Positions 52,510 through 64,000 of a stretch of DNA of 64,000 bases are shown one piece after another. The DNA comes from Eledone cirrhosa. Its lineage: Eukaryota. A program made the translations under genes and the position numbers. Each line of letters starts with the position of its first letter. The stretch's first letter is position 1. The notes beneath the pieces are model-generated. The model searched no databases and was not told the DNA's origin. It was given only the letters and a program-made list of their open reading frames with translations. The DNA is taken from NCBI GenBank assembly GCA_964016885.1, contig OZ024745.1, positions 51,026,001-51,090,000 of the forward strand. The letters are read 5' to 3'.

Positions 52510-52705
52510 TTAAGCACAACGCGGCAAATTTAAGTGAAGGGCAAAGTTGATTAAAATCAACCTCAGAACTTGTATTTAATTGACATCGGAAGGATGAAAA
52601 GCCAAGTTGACCATGGTGGAATTTAAACTGAATGTGAAGAACAAGAACAAATACTGCAATGGCATATTTTACCCGTTGCTCTACCAATTCTGCCAATCCA
52701 CCACC
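52510..52705 (-). mobile_element. Highly diverged SINE copy
   Basis: aaggatgaaaagccaagttgacc...ctgccaatccaccacct. Confidence 0.65.
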
Positions 52706-53960
52706 TTTAACATCTATCAATATTTTACGAGGCTGCATATTCCTGGATTATATGACATTCTATTGTCAGAACGACGTAAATGTAGTTTAAGTAAGATGAT
52801 ACGCCACAATATTTTACTATTGGTCAAAATCTGCCTCATCGTACACGTTCCCTGTTGGATTGGGCTGTAAAAATTACTTAGATGGACCCTTTCCATGATG
52901 TATCGACAGATGGAATCTAGACGAATAGCCACCTGGCTTACCTTGATTATATTTTTCTTGTGAGGTTATCTGTAGTTTGTATTCTATATAAATCAACCCA
53001 AAATTATCGATGTCTTAAAGAAGGCGATTATATCTATTTTTGATAACACCAATGCAAACACTCAAATGAATTTAACAAACCACTGAATCTATCAAAATTG
53101 AATATTTTAATCATCTGTAGTTTGAGTATAACAATGTATTTTTCACAGCTTAGTTTAAAAAGAAAATTCGTTCTATCTCTCCTTAGCACATACACTCATA
53201 CCATCTGGTTTCTACGGTTGATCGAAGTTTTAAAATGAAATCCTCCTTTAGTTCTCGCTCTCCGTTTCACATACAATCTTATCTCCTTTACAAGAATCAA
53301 GATTAAAAAAAATAATTACGTGTTGCTGCTGTCACCACCACGATCACCACCGTTCTCTTTCTCACCCTATTTCGCACACACACTCACACACACACACACA
53401 CATATACACACTCACACACATATATACACACTCACGCATTCTCTAACTCTCTATAGCTATCACTCTCTTACCATCTCTTTTTCGCAACGTTAATATAATA
53501 GATGTTTAAATAAAAGTTCAAAATTAAAATATCTATGTAGCTAGCTAATTGCTCCCCACCTCTCTCCCCTACACACACACACGCACACACACACACATAT
53601 ATATATATGTGTGTGTATGTGCGTGTTTGTGTCTGTGTGTGTATGGATGGTGGAAAAGGAATACGCACGTACACTGAGATAAACTGATAAAACTTAAATT
53701 GAAATAGACTACATACTACATACAACAGTCAATAAATAGATTAATCAAAACTTCCCAGACATTATAAAATCCACCAATGAAAAAAGAGATACATTATAAG
53801 AATGTAAGAAAAAAAAAACTAAAAAAAAACAAACAAAAAACAAACAGCTTATTCATGTTATCTGGACTCTAGCAAACATGGTAGCGTTAACCAACAACAT
53901 ATCAACCCACTCACATAATTATGATGACATTGGATAAAGTCACATCGGTGCCGGCTCGAT

Positions 53961-54319
53961 GTTTTGCTCCGCAGACAAATTTTGGGCGCTAGTTTCGCGC
54001 AAACATTTCGCATGTACTAATCCTCTGTTAAAATTCTACGAGAAGCATTTTTATCCAAGACCGTTTCATCTGCAATGATCCTAACAATTTATCACCGGTC
54101 TTTCACATCACTCCTCGCACAAGTTCCACCTATAGTTTATTTGTTGACGAGGTTCGTCTTCAATATTTTTCGGTCTTCTTTGAAAGCTTTATGCCACATA
54201 AACACATTACGTCTCGATAGAGGGACATCTCGATAAGCTTCTGTTCTAGAATTAAATATTTTAGTGACAGATTTGTTGAGCATTCCAAAAAATTTGATTA
54301 CGTACCGTTATTCGATATT
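53961..54319 (-). pseudogene. mariner transposase N-terminal (HTH) remnant, left-arm copy
   Basis: Reverse complement of 55092-55450. Confidence 0.75.
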
Positions 54320-54488
54320 TCCTGCTTCGCAAACGTAACAGATGTTATAAACACGTCTGTACATAATCAACAATAACTCACGACTGACATGTTGAAACAC
54401 GTATGTACGTGACGTGCGACCAAGGTCTTAACCAACACGCTCATATACATCAACGATGTGCTGTGTTACCATGTCATACTTAGACAAA

Positions 54489-54557
<69 letters not shown>

Positions 54558-54848
54558 TTATATATATATATATATATATACTTATATATATATATATATA
54601 CTTATATATATATATATATATATATATACTTATATATATATATATATATATACTTATATATATATATATATATATATACTTATATATATATATATATATA
54701 CTTATATATATATATATATATACTTATATATATATATATATATACTTATATATATATATACTTATATATATATATATATACTTATATATATATATACTTA
54801 TATATATATATACTTATATATATATATATATACTTATATATATATATA

Positions 54849-54904
<56 letters not shown>

Positions 54905-55091
54905 TATATATATATATAGGGTTTTGTCTAAGTATGACATGGTAACGCAGCACATCGTTGATGTATATGAGCGTGTTGGTTAAGACCTTGGTCGCACGTC
55001 ACGTACATACGTGTTTCAACATGTCAGTCGTGAGTTATTGTTGATTATGTACAGACGTGTTTATAACATCTGTTACGTTTGCGAAGCAGGA

Positions 55092-55450
55092 AATATCGAA
55101 TAACGGTACGTAATCAAATTTTTTGAATGCTCAACAAATCTGTCACTAAAATATTTAATTCTAGAACAGAAGCTTATCGAGATGTCCCTCTATCGAGACG
55201 TAATGTGTTTATGTGGCATAAAGCTTTCAAAGAAGACCGAAAAATATTGAAGACGAACCTCGTCAACAAATAAACTATAGGTGGAACTTGGGCGAGGAGT
55301 GATGTGAAAGACCGGTGATAAATTGTTAGGATCATTGCAGATGAAACGGTCTTGGATAAAAATGCTTCTCGTAGAATTTTAACAGAGGATTAGTACATGC
55401 GAAATGTTTGCGCGAAACTAGCGCCCAAAATTTGTCTGCGGAGCAAAACG
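55092..55450 (+). pseudogene. mariner transposase N-terminal (HTH) remnant
   Basis: Across frameshifts: NIE*RYVIKF..NKSVTKIF..EAY.D..LSRRNVFMWHKAFKE.R..IEDEPR...VRIIADE..LDK...RILTED..MRNVCAKLAPK. Confidence 0.75.
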
Positions 55451-55874
55451 TCGAGCCGGCACCGATGTGACTTTATCCAATGTCATCATAATTATATGAG
55501 TGGGTTGATATGTTGTTGGTTAACGCTACCATGTTTGCTAGAGTCCAGATAACATGATTAGGCTGTTTGTATTTTTTGTTTTTTTTTAGATTTTTTTTTC
55601 TTACATTATTATAATGTATCTCTTTTTTCATTGGTGGATTTTATAATGTCTGGGAAGATTTGATTAATCTATTTATTGACTGTTGTATGTAGTATGTAGT
55701 CTATTTCAATTTAAGTTTTATCAGTTTTCTCGAGCTCGTGGTCATAAAATCTCAGTCGGTTTATCTCAGTGTACGTGCGTATTGCTTTTCCACCATCCAT
55801 ACACACACAGACACAAACACGCACATACACACACATATATATATATGTGTGTTATATATATATATATATATATA

Positions 55875-55933
<59 letters not shown>

Positions 55934-56087
55934 TTATATATATATATATATACTTATATATATATATATACTTATATATATACTTATATATATATATATA
56001 TACTTATATATATATATATACTTATATATATATGTACTTATAAGTATATATATATATATATATATAAGTATATATATATATATATAA

Positions 56088-56158
<71 letters not shown>

Positions 56159-56427
56159 TATATATATATATAAGTATATATATATATATATATAAGTATA
56201 TATATATATATATATAAGTATATATATATATATATATAAGTATATATATATAAGTATATATATATATATATATAAGTATATATATAAGTATATATATATA
56301 TATATATATAAGTATATATATATATAAGTATATATATATATAAGTATATATATATATATAAGTATATATATATATATAAGTATATATATATATATATATA
56401 TATATATAAGTATATATATATATATAA

Positions 56428-56462
<35 letters not shown>

Positions 56463-56479
56463 TATATATATATATATAA

Positions 56480-56512
<33 letters not shown>

Positions 56513-56553
56513 TATATATATATATATATATATAAGAATATATATATATATAA

Positions 56554-56588
<35 letters not shown>

Positions 56589-56613
56589 TATATATATATA
56601 TATATATATATAA

Positions 56614-56742
<129 letters not shown>

Positions 56743-56765
56743 TATATATATATATATATATATAA

Positions 56766-56800
<35 letters not shown>

Positions 56801-57017
56801 TATATATATATAAGTATATATGTATATATATATATATATATAAGTATATATATATATATATATATAAGTATATATATGTATATATAAGTATATATATAAG
56901 TATATATATATATAAGTATATATATATATATATATATATAAGTATATATATATATATATATATATATAAGTATATATATATAAGTATATATAGATATATA
57001 TATATATATATATATAA

Positions 57018-57054
<37 letters not shown>

Positions 57055-57299
57055 TATATATATATATATAAGTATATATATATATATATAAGTATATATA
57101 TATATATATATATATATAAGTATATATATATATATATATATAAGTATATATATATATATATATATATATATAAGTGTATATATATATATATATATTTATA
57201 TATAAGTATATATATATATATACATATAAGTATATATATATAAGTATATATAGATAAGTATATATAGATAAGTATATATATATATATATATATATATAA

Positions 57300-57344
<45 letters not shown>

Positions 57345-57475
57345 TATATATATATAAGTATATATATATAAGTATATATATATATAAGTATATATATATA
57401 TAAGTATATATATATAAGTATATATATAAGTATATATATATATATATATATAAGTATATATAAGTATATATATAA

Positions 57476-57582
<107 letters not shown>

Positions 57583-57609
57583 TATATATATATATATATA
57601 TATATATAA

Positions 57610-57658
<49 letters not shown>

Positions 57659-57725
57659 AGTATATATATATAAGTATATATATAAGTATATATATATATA
57701 TAAGTATATATAAGTATATATATAA

Positions 57726-57766
<41 letters not shown>

Positions 57767-58079
57767 TATAATATATATATAAGTATATATATATATATAT
57801 ATAAGTATATATATATATATATAAGTATATATATATATATATATATAAGTATATATATATATATATATAAGTATATATATATATATAAGTATATATATAT
57901 ATATATATATATAAGTATATATATATAAATATATAAGTATATATATATATATATATATATAAGTATATATATATATATATATATAAGTATATATATGTAT
58001 ATATAAGTATATATTATAAGTATATATATATAAGTATATATATATATATATATATATAAGTATATATATATATATATAA

Positions 58080-58134
<55 letters not shown>

Positions 58135-58178
58135 TATATATATATATATATATATATATACAAGTATTTATATATATA

Positions 58179-58270
<92 letters not shown>

Positions 58271-58489
58271 TATATATATATATATATAAGTATATATATA
58301 TATGTATATATAAGTATATATATATATATATAAGTATATATATATATATAAGTATATATATATGTATATATAAGTATATATATATATATATAAGTATATA
58401 TATATATGTATATATAAGTATATATATATATATATATATAAGTATATATATATATATATATATAAGTATATATATATATATATATATAA

Positions 58490-58522
<33 letters not shown>

Positions 58523-58735
58523 TATATATATATAAGTATATATATAAGTATATATATATATATAAGTATATATATATAAGTATATATATAAGTATATATA
58601 TATATATAAGTATATATAAGTATATATATACGTATATATATAAGTATATATATATATATAAGTATATATAAGTATATATATAAGTATATATATAAGTATA
58701 TATATATATATAAGTATATATAAGTATATATATAA

Positions 58736-58767
<32 letters not shown>

Positions 58768-58809
58768 CTATATATATATATATATAAGTATATATATATA
58801 TATATATAA

Positions 58810-58842
<33 letters not shown>

Positions 58843-59027
58843 TATATATATATATATATATATATAAGTATATATATATATATATATAAGTATATATATA
58901 TATATATATAAGTATATATATATAAGTATATATATATATATATATATATAAGTATATATATATATATAAGTATATATATATATATAGATATATATATATA
59001 TATATATAAGTATATATATATATATAA

Positions 59028-59070
<43 letters not shown>

Positions 59071-59091
59071 TATATATATATATATATATAA

Positions 59092-59126
<35 letters not shown>

Positions 59127-59150
59127 TATATATATATATATATATATAAG

Positions 59151-59187
<37 letters not shown>

Positions 59188-59276
59188 AGTGTATATATAT
59201 ATATATATATATATATAAGTGTATATTATATATATATATATATATAAGTATATATATATATATATATATATAAGTA

Positions 59277-59318
<42 letters not shown>

Positions 59319-59518
59319 TATATATATATATATATATATATATATAAGTATATATATGTATATATAAGTATATATATAAGTATATATATATATAAGTATA
59401 TATATATATATATATATATAAGTATATATATATATATATATAAGTATATATATATAAGTATATATAGATAAGTATATATAGATAAGTATATATAGATAAG
59501 TATATATATATATATAAG

Positions 59519-59558
<40 letters not shown>

Positions 59559-59633
59559 TATATATATATATATATATATATATATAAGTATATATATATA
59601 TATAAGTATATATATATATATATATATATATAA

Positions 59634-59666
<33 letters not shown>

Positions 59667-59691
59667 TATATATATATATATATATATATAA

Positions 59692-59724
<33 letters not shown>

Positions 59725-59821
59725 TGTATATATATATATATATATTTATATATAAGTATATATATATATATATATATAAGTATATATATATAAGTATATA
59801 TAGATAAGTATATATAGATAA

Positions 59822-59928
<107 letters not shown>

Positions 59929-59955
59929 TATATATATATATATATATATATATAA

Positions 59956-60006
<51 letters not shown>

Positions 60007-60073
60007 AGTATATATATATAAGTATATATATAAGTATATATATATATATAAGTATATATAAGTATATATATAA

Positions 60074-60112
<39 letters not shown>

Positions 60113-60424
60113 TATATATATATATAAGTATATATATATATATATATAAGTATATATATATATATATAAGTATATATATATATATATATATATAAGTATA
60201 TATATATATATATATAAGTATAATATATATATAAGTATATATATATATATATATATATAAGTATATATATATAAATATATAAGTATATATATATATATAT
60301 ATATATAAGTATATATATATATATATATATAAGTATATATATGTATATATAAGTATATATATAAGTATATATATATAAGTATATATATATATATATATAT
60401 ATAAGTATATATATATATATATAA

Positions 60425-60479
<55 letters not shown>

Positions 60480-60523
60480 TATATATATATATATATATAT
60501 ATATACAAGTATTTATATATATA

Positions 60524-60569
<46 letters not shown>

Positions 60570-60816
60570 TATATATATATATATATATATATATAAGTAT
60601 ATATATATATATATAAGTATATATATATATGTATATATAAGTATATATATATATATATAAGTATATATATATATATAAGTATATATATATGTATATATAA
60701 GTATATATATATATATATAAGTATATATATATATGTATATATAAGTATATATATATATATATATATAAGTATATATATATATATATATATAAGTATATAT
60801 ATATATATATATATAA

Positions 60817-60849
<33 letters not shown>

Positions 60850-61059
60850 TATATATATATAAGTATATATATAATATATATATATATATAAGTATATATA
60901 TATAAGTATATATATAAGTATATATATATATATAAGTATATATAAGTATATATATACGTATATATATAAGTATATATATATATATAAGTATATATAAGTA
61001 TATATATAAGTATATATATAAGTATATATATATATAAGTATATATAAGTATATATATAA

Positions 61060-61091
<32 letters not shown>

Positions 61092-61133
61092 CTATATATA
61101 TATATATATAAGTATATATATATATATATATAA

Positions 61134-61166
<33 letters not shown>

Positions 61167-61352
61167 TATATATATATATATATATATATATAAGTATATA
61201 TATATATATATATAAGTATATATATATATATATATAAGTAATATATATAAGTATATATATATATATATATATATAAGTATATATATATATATAAGTATAT
61301 ATATATATATAGATATATATATATATATATATAAGTATATATATATATATAA

Positions 61353-61399
<47 letters not shown>

Positions 61400-61420
61400 T
61401 ATATATATATATATATATAA

Positions 61421-61455
<35 letters not shown>

Positions 61456-61478
61456 TATATATATATATATATATATAA

Positions 61479-61515
<37 letters not shown>

Positions 61516-61603
61516 TGTATATATATATATATATATATATATAAGTGTATATATATATATATATATATATATAAGTATATATATATATATATATATATAA
61601 GTA

Positions 61604-61647
<44 letters not shown>

Positions 61648-61849
61648 TATATATATATATATATATATATATATAAGTATATATATGTATATATAAGTAT
61701 ATATATAAGTATATATATATATAAGTATATATATATATATATATATATAAGTATATATATATATATATATAAGTATATATATATATAAGTATATATAGAT
61801 AAGTATATATAGATAAGTATATATAGATAAGTATATATATATATATAAG

Positions 61850-61889
<40 letters not shown>

Positions 61890-61962
61890 TATATATATAT
61901 ATATATATATATATATAAGTATATATATATATATAAGTATATATATATATATATATATATAA

Positions 61963-61995
<33 letters not shown>

Positions 61996-62145
61996 TATAT
62001 ATATATATATATATATATAAGTAATATATATATATATATATATATATAAGTGTATATATATATATATATATTTATATATAAGTATATATATATATATATA
62101 TAAGTATATATATATAAGTATATATAGATAAGTATATATAGATAA

Positions 62146-62254
<109 letters not shown>

Positions 62255-62385
62255 TATATATATATAAGTATATATATATAAGTATATATATATATAAGTA
62301 TATATATATATAAGTATATATATATAAGTATATATATAAGTATATATATATATATATATATAAGTATATATAAGTATATATATAA

Positions 62386-62424
<39 letters not shown>

Positions 62425-62608
62425 TATATATAATATATATATATATATATAAGTATATATATATATATATATATATATATAAGTATATATATATATATAT
62501 ATATAAGTATATATATATATATAAGTATATATATATATATATATATATATATAAGTATATATATATATATATATATAAGTATATATATATATATATATAT
62601 ATATATAA

Positions 62609-62714
<106 letters not shown>

Positions 62715-62772
62715 TGTATATATATATATATATATATATAAGTATATATATATATATATATATATATAAGTA

Positions 62773-62810
<38 letters not shown>

Positions 62811-63014
62811 TATATATATATATATATATATATATAAGTATATATATGTATATATAAGTATATATATAAGTATATATATATATAAGTATATATATATATA
62901 TATATATATAAGTATATATATATATATATATATATATAAGTATATATATATAAGTATATATAGATAAGTATATATAGATAAGTATATATAGATAAGTATA
63001 TATATATATATAAG

Positions 63015-63050
<36 letters not shown>

Positions 63051-63098
63051 AGTATATATATATATATATATATATATAAGTATATATAATATATATAA

Positions 63099-63137
<39 letters not shown>

Positions 63138-63228
63138 TATATATATATATATATATAAGTATATATATATATATATATATATATATAAGTATATATATAT
63201 ATATATATAAGTATATATATATATATAA

Positions 63229-63263
<35 letters not shown>

Positions 63264-63318
63264 TATATATATATATATATATATATAAGTATATATATAT
63301 ATATATATATATATATAA

Positions 63319-63377
<59 letters not shown>

Positions 63378-63379
63378 TG

Positions 63380-63412
<33 letters not shown>

Positions 63413-63607
63413 TATATATAAGTGTATATATATATATATATATATATATAAGTATATATATATATATATATTAGAAAGTGAGGTTTTTTTTTACAAAATG
63501 AAAAATAACCGAGGTGTCCTACACGAGTGGAAGTATAAAGAAAAAGGGATGAAATCGAAAATGCAACTGAAGTCTTATTTTTTTTAAATATATATATTTA
63601 TTTGGTT

Positions 63608-63645
63608 CCTTTACCGGTTTCGCAGTTCTTCTGCTTTTCAAAAGG
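63608..63645 (-). ncRNA. Minimal hammerhead ribozyme motif, U3-A8 variant (left arm)
   Basis: Reverse complement of 63698-63735. Confidence 0.8.
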
Positions 63646-63697
63646 TGAGTTGAGATGGAGGGTCTGTGAAAAACCACAGACCCTCCATCTCAACTCA

Positions 63698-63735
63698 CCT
63701 TTTGAAAAGCAGAAGAACTGCGAAACCGGTAAAGG
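63698..63735 (+). ncRNA. Minimal hammerhead ribozyme motif, U3-A8 variant (right arm)
   Basis: cctt-TTGAAAA-gcag-aagaa-ctgc-GAAA-ccgg-TA-aagg. Stem III is palindromic (accggt), and aaataaat follows. Confidence 0.8.
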
Positions 63736-63830
63736 AACCAAATAAATATATATATTTTAAAAAAAATAAGACTTCAGTTGCATTTTCGATTTCATCCCTT
63801 TTTCTTTATATATATATATATATATAAGTA

Positions 63831-63870
<40 letters not shown>

Positions 63871-64000
63871 TATATATATATATATATATATATATATAAG
63901 TATATATATGTATATATAAGTATATATATAAGTATATATATATATAAGTATATATATATATATATATATAAGTATATATATATATATATATATATATAAG

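Larger units (their letters stand above)
53591..55852. repeat. Inverted duplication, ~900-bp arms (53591-54492/54919-55852) around a 426-bp (TA)n/CTTA core
   Basis: The arms are colinear reverse complements with few substitutions and a ~35-bp indel near 55727-55760. Confidence 0.93.
63471..63810 (-). mobile_element. Hairpin mini-element (arms 63534-63668/63675-63810, 6-nt loop, 63-nt unpaired tail), putative PLE-derived
   Basis: Near-perfect palindrome embedded in the TA array; each arm carries a hammerhead motif. Confidence 0.8.

Overview
AT-rich animal genomic DNA, probably octopus/cephalopod (inferred from the dominant tRNA/Nin-domain SINE family and the dense (TA)n/(CA)n microsatellites). 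I recognise no host protein-coding gene; most entries in the ORF track are microsatellite or antisense artefacts. The window is a mosaic of mobile elements: a young Penelope-like element (Naiad-type RT C-terminus plus GIY-YIG) flanked by 1.3-kb inverted arms (6524-10187), a 5'-truncated Tx1/L1 LINE (13247-16426), an RT+RNase H I-group LINE (17848-19922), an internally deleted Buster/Charlie hAT transposon (32896-35591), RTE, R4-like and mariner fragments, about 20 SINE copies, and an ~8-kb (TA)nAG array with polarity switches and a ~2.33-kb higher-order repeat. The main unannotated signal is a dense set of type I hammerhead ribozyme motifs. There are at least nine distinct ones, two of them with a compensatory U3-A8 core. 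They lie in short non-coding inserts and fold-back (hairpin) mini-elements, mostly embedded in (TA)n. Several of these share the architecture of the large Penelope-like element (inverted arm + ribozyme + unpaired 3' tail), and several tails carry a shared TAYYGAGTRCT-like motif. All structures were assigned by eye; none was computed or searched.
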